Positions 1-10,600 of a stretch of 64,000 nucleotides of DNA are shown piece by piece. This DNA comes from Planctomycetota bacterium. GTDB taxonomy: Bacteria > Planctomycetota > B15-G4. Location: positions 128,001 through 192,000 of the forward strand of contig JBBQUR010000002.1 of the NCBI GenBank assembly GCA_038212275.1, in the 5' to 3' direction. The notes under the pieces were generated by a model. That model worked only from the letters and a program-made list of their open reading frames with translations, did no database searches and had not been told where the DNA came from. The position numbers were made by a program, and so were the translations under genes. The stretch's first letter is position 1. The number at the start of each line of letters is the position of its first letter.

Positions 1-2
1 AA

Positions 3-167
3 GAACTGGAAGCCATGCACCGCACGAACGTGCTCATCGTGCCGGCCACTTTTCACGCCGACGCCGAGGCGATGCTCGCGCTGCAGCGCGACGTGCGCGA
101 CGTCCGCGACCGCTTCACGCTGCACTGGCTGCCGGGGCTGGGCAGGCAGCTTCAGCCTGGCGGCTGA
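3..167 (+). CDS. 3' end of an unknown protein entering from the left edge (...MHRTNVLIVPATFHADAEAMLALQRDVRDVRDRFTLHWLPGLGRQLQPGG*)
   Basis: Manually translated open frame with GC-rich codons ending at TGA 165-167; a homologous tail recurs at 18153-18282. Confidence 0.7.
   Translation, partial: ELEAMHRTNVLIVPATFHADAEAMLALQRDVRDVRDRFTLHWLPGLGRQLQPGG
74..143 (+). repeat. Direct repeat A, copy 1 (gene 3' end)
   Basis: gctcgcgctgcagcgcgacgtgcgcgac...cgcgaccgcttcacgctgcactggctgccggggctgggc matches 18153-18258. Confidence 0.9.
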
Positions 168-230
168 GGCGCGGGAGCGCCTGCGCGCTCGCCGCCGTCT
201 CTGCCGCCGTTTCGGCCGCCGGCAGAAGCC

Positions 231-2579
231 CTACGACAGCTTGAAGCGCCTGAGCCGCAGCGCGTTGCCGATGACCGACACCGAACTCAGGCTCATCGCG
301 GCGGCCGCGAGCATCGGGCTCATGAGCGTCCCGGTGAACGGGTAGAGCACTCCCGCCGCGATGGGCACGCCCACGACGTTGTAGAGAAAGGCGAAGCCCA
401 GATTCTGGCGGATGTTCCGCACCGCGACGCGACTCAGGCGACGGGCGCGGTCGATGCCGAGCAGGTCACCCTTCAGCAGCGTGACGGCCGCGCTTTCGAT
501 GGCGGCGTCCGTGCCCGTGCCCATCGCGATGCCTACGTCGGCCTGCGCGAGGGCCGGCGCATCGTTCACGCCGTCGCCGGCCATCGCCACGCGGCGCCCC
601 TGTTGCTGCAGCGCGCGAATGCGTTCCAGCTTCTGTTCGGGGAGAACGCCGGCGAACACCTCGTCGATGCCGAGCTCGCGCGCGACCGCCTCGGCCGTTG
701 CCTGCGCGTCGCCGCTCAGCAGGACGATGCGCAATCCGTCGGCGCGCAGCTCGCGGATGGCCTGCGGCGTCGAGGCCTTCACCGGATCGGCGACGGCCAG
801 GCAGCCCGCGGCCACGCCATCGACCGCCACGAGCATGGCTGTCCGTCCCTGGCGGCGCATGTCCTCGGCGCGCGGCTCCAGCGTGGCGACGTCCACGTGC
901 AGCTCCGCGAAGAGCGCGGCGTTGCCGAGCGCGACCGTTCGCCCGCCGACACGACCCGTGATGCCCTTGCCCGTCAGCGAGCGGAAGTCCCCGGTCGGCT
1001 GCAGGGAAAGGCCGCGCTCCTGCGCGCCTTTCACGATCGCCGCCGCGAGCGGATGCTCGCTGCCGCGCTCCAGGCTTGCGGCAAGCGACAGCAGCTCGTC
1101 GGCGCGCGAGGCATCCGCCCACGCACCGACGGGTTCCACGGCCACGAGGCGCGGCTTCCCTTCGGTGAGCGTCCCGGTCTTGTCCACGACCAGCGTGTCC
1201 ACGTCGCGCAGGCGCTCGAGGGCCTCGGCGTCGCGGAACAGGACGCCGGCGTGCGCGCCGCGCCCCATGGCGACCATGATGGACATCGGCGTCGCGAGGC
1301 CGAGCGCGCAGGGGCAGGCGATGACCAGCACCGCCACCGCGTTGATCACGGCATGCGCAAGCCGCGGCTCAGGGCCGGTGCTCCACCAGATGCCGAAGGT
1401 GAGGACGGCGATCGCGATCACCACCGGCACGAACCACGCCGCCATCCGATCCGCCAGGCCCTGGATCGGCGCGCGGCTGCGCTGAGCCTGCGCCACCTGC
1501 GCCACGATGCGGGACAGCAGCGTCTCCGCGCCCACCTTCTCGGCGCGCATGACGAAGGAGCCCTGGCTGTTGCTGGTTCCGCCGACGAGCTTGTCGCCCG
1601 CCTGCTTCTCGACGGGCATCGACTCGCCGGTCACCATCGACTCGTCGAGCACACCGGTGCCTGTCAGCAGCACGCCGTCCACCGGGACGCTTTCGCCGGG
1701 CCGCACGCGCAGGCTGTCGCCGGGAACCACCTCGTCCAGCGGCACGTCCTGCTCGTCGCTTCCGGACACGCGACGCGCCGTGCGTGGCGCGAGATCGAGC
1801 AGTGCACGGATGGCTGCCCCGGTGGCGCGCCGGGCACGCAGCTCGAGCACCTGACCGAGCAGCACGAGCGTCACGATCACGGCTGCGGCCTCGAAGTAGA
1901 CCGGCACCACGCCGGAGTGATCCCGGAAGGTGGGCGGAAAGACGTCCGGCGCCAGCACGGCCGCCATGCTCAGGAGCCAGGCGGACAGCACGCCGAGCCC
2001 GATGAGCGTGAACATGTTGAGCCGCGGCCACGGGGCAGGGACCACCGAACGTGCGGCGCGCACAAGGAAGGGCCAGCCCGCCCAGAGCACGACGGGCGTG
2101 GCGAGTGCAGCCTCGATCCACTGCAGGTCACGCGGCGACCCCAGCCCTGCCAGCAGGCCCCCCGGCAGCATGTCGCCCATGGCCACCGCAAGCAGCGGCG
2201 CCGTGAGCACGGACGCGATGAGTGCGCGGCGCGACATGTCGTGCAGCTCGGCGTTCGCTTCCTTCGTTCCGGCAGCGCCGCCTTCCCCGTGCGGCTGCGC
2301 ACGGACCGGCACGAGCGGTTCCAGCGCCATGCCGCAGATCGGGCAGCTTCCGGGCCCCTCCTGCCGCACGTCGGGATGCATCGGGCAGGTGTAGACCGAC
2401 GCCACCGGATGCTTGTCCGGCCCGGGTCCGGCGCGCTTCAGGAAGGCGGCTGGATCGCCGCTGAAGCGCTCGCGGCAGCTCGCGCTGCAGAAGGCGTAAC
2501 GCACCGCGTCGTGCACGTGCACGTACTTCGCGTGGTCCGGATCGACGGTCATGCCGCAGACGGGATCAGTTGCCTGCAT
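231..2579 (-). CDS. copA: Copper-translocating P1B-type ATPase with N-terminal YHS and heavy-metal-binding domains
   Basis: DPVCGM/FCS YHS domain, YTCPMHP..CPICGM, TGES, CPC, DKTGT, GDGVND, YN and MSLSS transmembrane motifs. Confidence 0.95.
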   Translation of the reverse strand: MQATDPVCGMTVDPDHAKYVHVHDAVRYAFCSASCRERFSGDPAAFLKRAGPGPDKHPVASVYTCPMHPDVRQEGPGSCPICGMALEPLVPVRAQPHGEGGAAGTKEANAELHDMSRRALIASVLTAPLLAVAMGDMLPGGLLAGLGSPRDLQWIEAALATPVVLWAGWPFLVRAARSVVPAPWPRLNMFTLIGLGVLSAWLLSMAAVLAPDVFPPTFRDHSGVVPVYFEAAAVIVTLVLLGQVLELRARRATGAAIRALLDLAPRTARRVSGSDEQDVPLDEVVPGDSLRVRPGESVPVDGVLLTGTGVLDESMVTGESMPVEKQAGDKLVGGTSNSQGSFVMRAEKVGAETLLSRIVAQVAQAQRSRAPIQGLADRMAAWFVPVVIAIAVLTFGIWWSTGPEPRLAHAVINAVAVLVIACPCALGLATPMSIMVAMGRGAHAGVLFRDAEALERLRDVDTLVVDKTGTLTEGKPRLVAVEPVGAWADASRADELLSLAASLERGSEHPLAAAIVKGAQERGLSLQPTGDFRSLTGKGITGRVGGRTVALGNAALFAELHVDVATLEPRAEDMRRQGRTAMLVAVDGVAAGCLAVADPVKASTPQAIRELRADGLRIVLLSGDAQATAEAVARELGIDEVFAGVLPEQKLERIRALQQQGRRVAMAGDGVNDAPALAQADVGIAMGTGTDAAIESAAVTLLKGDLLGIDRARRLSRVAVRNIRQNLGFAFLYNVVGVPIAAGVLYPFTGTLMSPMLAAAAMSLSSVSVIGNALRLRRFKLS

Positions 2580-2630
2580 GTCGCACCCCCGCGTCCCCGG
2601 TACCGGCCGTCAGCATCTCGCGTGCGCTCT

Positions 2631-4163
2631 TCATGATCCGGGCACCAGCTTCATGCCGCACTTCGGGCAGCGGCCGGGTTCATGCGAGATGACCTCCGGA
2701 TGCATCGGGCAGGTGTAGACGGTGCCGGTCGCGTCGGCACTTCCGGGTGCGTGGGCGCTTCCGTCGGCTGACGTGGCTATCACGTCGATGCCGTCGCGCT
2801 GCAGATCCGCGGCGCTTGCCGTCTCGGCGACCGTGCCGGCCGGATACGTGTACCAGCCGGGATCACCGTCGCCGCTCAGCGACTCGCGCACCTTGAGGAT
2901 GGTGAACATGCCGCCCATCGTGATCACGTCGAAGGGGCCGCGGCCGCCCAGCATCGGGATGCTGTTCGGCGGCACCGCCATGCCCATCTCCGCCATGTCG
3001 CCCATGCCCGCCTGCCCCATGGTCATGTAGTCGGGCAGCAGTCCGCGCACCTCGCGGTCCAGCCCGCCCGACTTGACCCCGATCATGTTGGGGATCTTGT
3101 GCCCCATCTGGTTCATGACGTGGTGGGTCATGTGGCAGTGCATGGCCCAATCACCCGGCGCGTCGGCGACGAACTCGACGTTGCGCGTGCTGCCCGTGGG
3201 CACCAGCACCGTGGTCTCGGGCCATTGGGCGGACTCGGGGATGTCGCCGCCATCCGTCGCCGTGATCCTGAAGGCGTAGCCGTGCAGATGAATCGAATGG
3301 TGATCCATCGCACTCAGATTGCCGAAGCGCAGGCGCACGCGTTCACCCTGCTGCGCGATCAACGCCGGCGTCCCCGGGAAGGCGCGCGCGTTCATCGTGA
3401 GGATGTTGAAGTCCGTCATCTCGTTCGGGTCGGGCCGCGACGTCCCAGGCGCGATCTTCCATTCGCTGAGCATGATCGCGTAGTCGCGATCCGCGCGCGG
3501 CGCCTTCGATTCGCGCGGGTGCACGACGATGAGGCCCATCAGGCCCAGCGCCATCTGGGTCATCTCGTCGTGGTGCGAGTGGTACATGAAGGTGCCGTGC
3601 TGGCGCAGCGTGAACTCGTAGCGGAAGGTCTCGCCCGGCGGGATGGCGCGCTGGTTGAGCCCGCCCACGCCGTCCATCCCGTTGGGCAGGTAGATGCCGT
3701 GCCAGTGCGCGGTCGTCGGCGCGGGCAGCCTGTTGGTCACGTAGATGCGGACGCGATCACCCTCGACCGCCTCGATGGTCGGGCCGTGCACCGAGCCGTT
3801 GTAGCCCCAGCACTCCGCGAAGAGCCCCGGCGCGAACACGTGCCGCACCGGCTCTGCGACCAGGTGGTAGACCTTCACGTCGTCGACGATTTTCCACGGC
3901 AGCGTGCTGCCGCCGGGCGTGATGACGGGCAGGTAGTCGGTGCCCGGCATGCCCGGCGGCAGCGAGGTGGCATGCGGTCCGGGAGCGGGAGGCCGGGCCG
4001 GGCCTGCGGCAGCAGCTGCCGCCGCTGCGCCCGTTGCAGCTGCCGACTCGCGGAGCGGGAGTGCCTGCGCACCCGATGCCGCGCCTGCCAGCAGCGCGCC
4101 TCCCGTGAGCATGGCGCCGCGGACGATGACCTCGCGTCGCGAAAGATCCTGCGGGGAACTCAT
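2631..4163 (-). CDS. Multicopper oxidase with Tat-like signal and C-terminal heavy-metal-binding domain
   Basis: SRRE signal; HWHG, YHSH, HSIHLHG and HCHMTHH copper ligands; Met-rich loop; C-terminal YTCPMHP..CPKCGM. Confidence 0.93.
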   Translation of the reverse strand: MSSPQDLSRREVIVRGAMLTGGALLAGAASGAQALPLRESAAATGAAAAAAAAGPARPPAPGPHATSLPPGMPGTDYLPVITPGGSTLPWKIVDDVKVYHLVAEPVRHVFAPGLFAECWGYNGSVHGPTIEAVEGDRVRIYVTNRLPAPTTAHWHGIYLPNGMDGVGGLNQRAIPPGETFRYEFTLRQHGTFMYHSHHDEMTQMALGLMGLIVVHPRESKAPRADRDYAIMLSEWKIAPGTSRPDPNEMTDFNILTMNARAFPGTPALIAQQGERVRLRFGNLSAMDHHSIHLHGYAFRITATDGGDIPESAQWPETTVLVPTGSTRNVEFVADAPGDWAMHCHMTHHVMNQMGHKIPNMIGVKSGGLDREVRGLLPDYMTMGQAGMGDMAEMGMAVPPNSIPMLGGRGPFDVITMGGMFTILKVRESLSGDGDPGWYTYPAGTVAETASAADLQRDGIDVIATSADGSAHAPGSADATGTVYTCPMHPEVISHEPGRCPKCGMKLVPGS

Positions 4164-5776
4164 GGATGATCTCCGTGCTGGTGCATGGGCATTGGCATGG
4201 GCATGGGAGCGGATTCAGCGGGCTGCTGATCCGGCGCGTCGCTGGAAAGTCCGATCGCGGGCGGAGCCATCAGGGCGCTCTCCACAGCGGTCGTGGGAAC
4301 GGATGCAAGCGAACCGCCCACTGCGCGTTCGAGCGCCGTGCGGGCCAGCCAGTAGTCGCGCAGTGCTTCGACGCTCTGCCGCCCCGCGTCGATCTCGGCG
4401 CTGCGCGCCATGAGCAGCTCGAACACGCCCAGTTGCATCGCGTTGTAGTGGAGCTGCGTCTGCTGCACGATGCGGTCGCGCAGCGGAAGCACGACGGCGC
4501 CGAGGTAGTTGGCCCGCGCGCGCGCCGCCATCAATCTCGCCTGCTGGGCACGCACTTCGGAACGGATCCGCACGGCGAGCGCGACGTACTCCTGCTGGCT
4601 GCGCCGCAACAGCGCCTCGTCGCGTGAACGGCGCGCCTGTCCCTGGTCGAAGAGCGGCACGGGCAGGCCGATGGAAGGGCCCGTGGTGGTGTCACCCTGC
4701 GGCTCGCGTTCCAGATGCACTCCGACCTCGAGCGACGGAATGAGGGCCGTCGTGTCGGTGAGGTCGAGCACCGCGGCGGCGGCCTCGATCTCCCGCGCGG
4801 CCAGCGTCAGGTCGAGACGCTGGCTGAGGGCGAGCTCCTGAAGACCCTCGGGCGTGAGTTCCCGGTCGGGAAGTTCCGGCAGGCGCTGCGCGACCGTCCA
4901 CTGCGTGTCGTCGCCCCACAGGCCCATGAGCGCCGACAGCGCCTCGCGTCGCTGCACGAGGTCCGCCTCGGCCTGCAGCAGGTCCAGGCGCGCCGCGCCT
5001 TCGGCGACGGCTTCCGTTTCATACTCGAGCTCCGTGACGTTGCCGGCCTCGCGCAGGCGTCGCGCCACGTCGGCGGATGCGCCGGTGGCCACGACCACCG
5101 ACTGCCGGAGCTCCACGGTCTGCTCCGCAGCCTGCACCTCGAAGAAGGCCGCACGGACGTCGGCTGCGAGATCGATGACGGCATTCGCCACGCGCAACTG
5201 CGCGGCCTCGAACCCGGCCGCGGCCACGCGCTCGCGCAGCGAACGCGTGAAGATGCTCATGACGTCCTGGATCAGGTGCACCTCCAGCGGCCGGTGAGGA
5301 TCTCCGGGGAAGCGCAGCTCGAAGTCGAGGAAGGGGTTGGACAGCAGGCCGGCTTGCACGAGGTCCGCCTGCGAAATGCCGAGATCCTCGAAGGTGCTCT
5401 GCAGTCCCGCATTCCTGAGCAGCGCGATCTGCACCGCCGCGTCGAGCGTGAGTTCGTTCCGGAGCAGGTCGCTCACGAGCTGGGCGGCCTGCGCATCCTC
5501 CGGCCGTCCGCGATCCCAGGCGACGCGCTGCGGCACACGCTCCGCGACGAGGGACTGCACGGCTTGCAGGCCGCTGTCGTCGTCGATCGTGGTGCATCCC
5601 GCAAGTCCGGGCAGGCCTGCGAGGATCAGCAGCGCCCACCGGCGAGAGCGCCTGCGGGTCGTCAAGCGTGCGCATGCGAGCTGGGCTGGAGCCGGCGCGC
5701 TGGCGTGCCCGCGCTCCGGAAGGAGGCAATCCGGCATCCGTCCGTGGACGCCTGACAGAGGCTGAATTGTCTTCAT
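4160..5776 (-). CDS. TolC/outer-membrane efflux family lipoprotein (copper-resistance associated)
   Basis: LAGC lipobox, helical OEP repeats, PLFDQGQA, Met/His-rich tail; ATGA overlap with the oxidase gene. Confidence 0.88.
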   Translation of the reverse strand: MKTIQPLSGVHGRMPDCLLPERGHASAPAPAQLACARLTTRRRSRRWALLILAGLPGLAGCTTIDDDSGLQAVQSLVAERVPQRVAWDRGRPEDAQAAQLVSDLLRNELTLDAAVQIALLRNAGLQSTFEDLGISQADLVQAGLLSNPFLDFELRFPGDPHRPLEVHLIQDVMSIFTRSLRERVAAAGFEAAQLRVANAVIDLAADVRAAFFEVQAAEQTVELRQSVVVATGASADVARRLREAGNVTELEYETEAVAEGAARLDLLQAEADLVQRREALSALMGLWGDDTQWTVAQRLPELPDRELTPEGLQELALSQRLDLTLAAREIEAAAAVLDLTDTTALIPSLEVGVHLEREPQGDTTTGPSIGLPVPLFDQGQARRSRDEALLRRSQQEYVALAVRIRSEVRAQQARLMAARARANYLGAVVLPLRDRIVQQTQLHYNAMQLGVFELLMARSAEIDAGRQSVEALRDYWLARTALERAVGGSLASVPTTAVESALMAPPAIGLSSDAPDQQPAESAPMPMPMPMHQHGDHP

Positions 5777-6438
5777 GATCGAGTGAGTCCGCTGCCGCGA
5801 AGTGTGTCGAGTGCACGCGCATCGCCCGGGCGCGCCTGCACGGATGGAACACGTGCCGTAGCGGTCCGGTCTGCCGCGATCGGGACGTCAGCGTCGCTTC
5901 GCTGGCGTCCGTGGAGCGGCTCGACGCCGGGCGTCGGCCTGCTCCGGTCGCATCCACACCGATACGAACAGTGGATCACGTAGAGCGGCGGCGGTCGCGA
6001 TCGGTCCGGCGCGCTGCTCGGAGCGCAACTCACCGGCGCGGCCACGAGAGGCCGGAACGAAGGCATGCGCTCGAGGAAGGCGTGAGCCGCCCCATGATCG
6101 GCGCCCATGTCCGGCTTTGCCGGCTCGCCGACGAGGACATCCGAATCCGCGCAATGGCAGATGTCAGCTGGTCGCTCGTTGCCGAGCCGCGGGCAGCCCG
6201 AGGCCGGCGCCGCACGCTCATGCGTCGTGCCGTCTCGTTCGGCGGCGCAGCACGCGCTCGTGCGGGCCGCATGCCCGCCGGATCCTTCTTTCCCGTCGCA
6301 ATCGCACCAGCCGATGCGCCCGCCCGTGGCGATGGCCAGCACGAGCGGCGCCATCAACCAGAACGTCCACGGTCTGTGCATCAGGAAGGACGATCTCATG
6401 AGGCTCGCGACACTAGCACGCAGTGCCGAGCGGCGCAC
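5773..6438 (-). CDS. Cys/His-rich putative leader protein upstream of the copper operon (start uncertain)
   Basis: Hydrophobic segment followed by CDC, CC, CHC and RSRPPPLYVIHCSYRC; stop overlaps the TolC start (ATGA). Confidence 0.55.
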   Translation of the reverse strand: MRRSALRASVASLMRSSFLMHRPWTFWLMAPLVLAIATGGRIGWCDCDGKEGSGGHAARTSACCAAERDGTTHERAAPASGCPRLGNERPADICHCADSDVLVGEPAKPDMGADHGAAHAFLERMPSFRPLVAAPVSCAPSSAPDRSRPPPLYVIHCSYRCGCDRSRPTPGVEPLHGRQRSDADVPIAADRTATARVPSVQARPGDARALDTLRGSGLTRS

Positions 6439-6497
6439 ATGGCTTCGGGCACTTTCCGCCGGTCACGCCTCACGTCGACGCCGAGACGGAAGGCGGC

Positions 6498-6730
6498 TCA
6501 CGGACTCGGAGCTTCACCGTCCGCAAGCGCAGTGCGTTGCCGCTCACCGGGACGGAACTCATGCTCATCGCCGCGCCCGCGATGAGCGGGCTGAGCAGCA
6601 GGATGATCGGGCTGAGCAGCAGGCCGAAGAACGCGTGGAGCACCCCCGCTGCAAGCGGAATACCCGGCGCGATGCCGACTTCGGCTCCCCGCCTCGGTGG
6701 GCATCGGACAGGTGCAGACCTGCCCGGCCG
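6498..6730 (-). pseudogene. Collapsed second copA remnant (degenerate metal-binding motif joined to the last TM helices)
   Basis: GQVCTCPMPTE in one frame; GIPLAAGVLHAFFGLLLSP..IAGAAMSMSSVPVSGNALRLRTVKL in another, homologous to the CopA C-terminus at 231-370. Confidence 0.8.
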
Positions 6731-6915
6731 CCGAAAGGGCGGCTGGCTGGGCGGCGCGATGCAGCGCCGCGCCCGATCGCGCCGGTCTCCTGCTCCCGAC
6801 TGCCGGCACGAATGCCTGCGCCGAGCCGTTTCTACAAAGCGGTCTGCACGCACGCGCGACTCACGTCGCGGTCCGGCTCACTGCCACGGCGCCCACGCCC
6901 GCATGCGTCGCAGGA

Positions 6916-7101
6916 CTATCCGCAGCAGCTGCCGGCTTTGGGATCCACCTTCGAACCAGCCGGCGCAGCGAGGAACTTCTGCTGGCAGCGGCTGCTGCAG
7001 AAATAGAATGTTTTTCCATCGCGGTCGGTGTGCAGAGCGGTTTTTTCATCCACGGCCATTCCGCAGACGGGGTCCTTGTTCACGACTTTGGGTTCTTTCA
7101 T
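6916..7101 (-). CDS. Stand-alone YHS-domain protein
   Basis: KDPVCGMAVD...FYFCSSRCQQKF, C-terminal SCCG; aggaaac-type RBS upstream. Confidence 0.85.
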   Translation of the reverse strand: MKEPKVVNKDPVCGMAVDEKTALHTDRDGKTFYFCSSRCQQKFLAAPAGSKVDPKAGSCCG

Positions 7102-7160
7102 GGTCTTGTTCCTGTTTCCTGGGACGGAGCAGCATGTGGCTCCGTGGTTGTGTCAAGCCT

Positions 7161-7280
7161 TCACGACGAAGACTTCCTGGACACCCTGCTGAAGATGACG
7201 ACGAGCAGCGCGGCTACAGCCAGGCCGAGCACGGGCCAGATCCACATCTGGCCGTCCATCCATCCCTCTGCATGATCCAT
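7161..7280 (-). CDS. Small membrane protein, 39 aa (MDHAEGWMDGQMWIWPVLGLAVAALLVVIFSRVSRKSSS)
   Basis: Manually translated, not in ORF track; single TM helix with basic tail; AGGT upstream; same strand as neighbours. Confidence 0.6.
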   Translation of the reverse strand: MDHAEGWMDGQMWIWPVLGLAVAALLVVIFSRVSRKSSS

Positions 7281-7334
7281 CACGAGGCACCTGCCTTTGT
7301 GCTGCGATCAGCCCGATTCGGACGATCCGCGCGG

Positions 7335-7493
7335 TCAGGCTCGCTTCGCGCGGAAGCCGCCGGCCAGAAGGATGATCAGGCCGACGAGCAGCACCAGCCC
7401 GAGCCCCCCGCCACCGTAGGCCGGCCCTCCGAAATAGTAGCCGCCACCACCGAACAGAAGCAGGAGAACCACGACAAGGACAAGTGTGTTCAT
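7335..7493 (-). CDS. DUF3309-like small Gly-rich membrane protein, 52 aa
   Basis: MNTLVLVVVLLLLFGGGGYYFGGPAYGGGGLGLVLLVGLIILLAGG: two TM segments separated by a Gly/Tyr loop. Confidence 0.8.
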   Translation of the reverse strand: MNTLVLVVVLLLLFGGGGYYFGGPAYGGGGLGLVLLVGLIILLAGGFRAKRA

Positions 7494-7609
7494 GGGAACG
7501 ATTCCGAAAGAGGAAAGACTGGCAGGCGAGATGGCGCCCTCGGGAAGACAACAGCAAGTCGCGCTCCAATGGCGGCAAGTCCGGAGGCGGACCCTGAGGC
7601 GGGCGTCAC

Positions 7610-10600
7610 TCAGGGCGACGCGCCTATCGCCGCATGGCCCTGCTGCGGCTTGCCGGTCGGCAGCCAGTCGCCGAGGACGACGTGCACGACGTGCCTGCCG
7701 CCATCCTGCACGCACGGGATGGCGGTGGCGGGGACGCTCACGCCATCGAGAGTCGTCGTCGCAACGCCTCGGCAGCGTCGCTCGGGATTGGTCACCGTGA
7801 TCTCGTGCCGCGTGCCGCGATGCACCCAGGTGAGTTCGAAACCAGGCCACGTGGAAGGGATGCACGGGTCGATCGAGAACGTGTCGCCGCGGAGTTGCAG
7901 GCCGAGGATGCTCTCGAGGCCCGCGCGATACAGCCAGCCCGCGGAACCCGTGTACCAGCTCCAGCCGCCCCGCCCCACGTGCGGCGCCCGCGCATAGACG
8001 TCGCCCGCGACGACGTAGGGCTCGGCCTTGTAGCGCTCCACGTCCTCCGGCGTGCGCGTGTGGTTCACCGGATTCAGCATGTGGAACAGCTCCACCGCTT
8101 CGTCGCCGCTGCCCAGTTTCGCGACGGCCATCAGGAACCACACGGCCGCGTGCGTGTACTGGCCGCCGTTCTCGCGGACACCAGGCGGATAGCCCTTGAT
8201 GTAGCCGGGCTCCTGTGCGGACACGTCGAAGGGCGGCGTGAGCAGCAGCACGAGTTGCGGGCCGCGGGCGACGAGCGCCGCGCGCACGGCGTCGAGCCCG
8301 CGCTCCGCGAAACGCACGGGCACCGCCCCCGTGAGCACGGCCCAGGACTGCGAGAGCGAGTCGATGCGGCATTCGTCGTTCTGCTGTGAGCCCAGCGGCG
8401 AGCCGTCGTCGTAGTAGCCGCGTCGGTACCACTCGCCATCCCACGACTGCTCGAGCGCCGCGGCGAGGCGCTGCAGCTCGTTGCGGTAGCGGCCGGCGCG
8501 CGGGCGCTCCGCACGCTCATCGCACAGCGGCACGAAGCGCGCGAGCACCTCGTGCAGGAACATGCCGAGCCAGGTGCTCTCGCCTCGCCCCTCGGCACCG
8601 ACGCGGTTCATGCCGTCGTTCCAGTCGCCGGCGCCGAAGAGCGGCAGCCCGTGCGCCCCGGACGTGAGCCCCTTGTCGATGGCGCGCACGCAGTGCTCAT
8701 ACAGCGTTCCGCAGACCGCGGACACGGTGGGCTGGCCGTAGGCCTCGTGCGCGTCGGCGGCAAGCGGCGGCGCCTCCAGGAACGGAAGGACCTCGTCGAG
8801 AACCGCCGTGTCGCCCGTGGTGCGCACGTATTCGGCGACGGCATACGGCAACCACAGCAGGTCGTCGGAGCAGCGCGATCGCAGCCCGCGTCCGCTGGGC
8901 TCGTGCCACCAGTGCTGCACGTCGCCCTCCACGAACTGTCGGGCCGCCGCGCGCAGCAGGTGCTCGCGCGTGAGGTCCGGCCGCGTGGAGAGCAGCGCGA
9001 GCACGTCCTGCAGCTGGTCGCGGAAACCGAAGGCGCCGCCCGGCTGGTAGAAGCCCGTGCGCGCCCAGAGCCGGCAGCTCACGCTCTGGTAGAGCAGCCA
9101 GCCGTTCATGAGCAGATCGAAGGAGTCGTCGGGCGTGCGCACCTGGATGGCGCCCAGCGTGCGGTTCCACGAGGCCTCCACGGCTGCCAGCGCGTCACGC
9201 GCCGCGTCCACGTTTCCGTGCCGGCCGAGAAGCCGCCGGGCGTGCGCGGCATCGCGCCCCTGGCCCAGCAGGAAGAGCAGCGTGTGGCTGGCGCCCGGCG
9301 CGAGCTCGACGGACACCTGCAGGGCCGCGCACGGGTCGAGCCCCGCGCCGAAGCCTTCCGAGAGCGTGGCGCGTTCGAGCGCCGCCGGATGCGACAGCGT
9401 GCCGTTGCGCCCGATGAACGAGCGCCGGTCTCCGGTGGCCGATGCCGGCGCCTCGCTCGAGAAGGCAAAGGCCACGTGGCCGGCGAAGTCATCGTTGTAG
9501 GCGCTCTGCGCGAACACGGCGCCGGTGGCCTCATCGCGCGACGTGAGGACGTGGAGGCGCTGGCCCTCGCGCGGCGGTCCGAGAATCCAGTCGTTGTAGG
9601 CGTAGACGCTCAACTGCCGCGTGACGCTGTCCGTGTTGGTCAGCGTGAGCAGCGAGTGCTTCAGCGGCTCGATGGCATCGACGAAGACGACCAGTTCGTG
9701 GCCGATGCCGCGCGTCGTGCGCGAGAAACGCGTGACGCCCGGTGCGTGGCGGATGACGATCGGGCCGTCGTCGGCCGCGCGCTCCATCGGCCCGGGCGTC
9801 GGCGACCAGGCCTGGCCGGTGCTCTCGTCGCGCACGAAGAGTGCCTCCGCGCTGCCATCCGTGACGGGGTCGTTCGTGAACGAGGTCAGGCGGTTCTCCC
9901 GGCTGTTGTGCGCCCAGGTGTGCGCGGCGCCGGACGCCGTCACCAGCGTCCCGAACTCCGGGTTCGCGAGGACGTTGACCCAGGGCAGCGGCGTCTCCTC
10001 CGCGCCGCGCAGCACGATCGTGTAGGCGCGGCCTCCGTCGGTGAAGCCGCCGCGTCCGTTGGGCAGCATGAGGTCCGGCGCCGGCGCGTCCGCCTCGCCG
10101 GGTCCGCCGTCGCGCGCTCCGTTGCGCGCTCCATCGCGTGATCCGGCACGCGCCGGCATCCCGCCGGACGTGATCAGCGACGTGAACGACGGCGCGGGCG
10201 CGGGAAGCGGCTGGAACAGCGGCTCGAAGGCGGCCGCCGTCGCGATGCCGTCGGGCTCGTGCAGGCGGTCGAGCTGGGCGCGCAGGTTGCCGCGGTCGCC
10301 GGAGAGCACGGCGCGCGCCACTGCCTTCAGCAGCGTGCGTTCGGCGCCGCTCATGCGGTCGGCACGCAGCAGATATGCGCCACCGGGCCGGTGCCTGGAG
10401 CTGCGCCACGGGCCGTTGTCCAGCAGCCCGGTGAGCTGTGCATGCACTTCGTCCATGTAGCCGAGCGGATGCTCGTTCAGCACGACGACATCCGCAACCA
10501 GCCCCTTGAGGCGCCAGTACTCCTGCGCCTGCAGCACCTGCCGCACCAGCGAGAGGTCGTCGTCCTCCACCACGCGCACGAGCAGGATCGGCAGGTCGCC

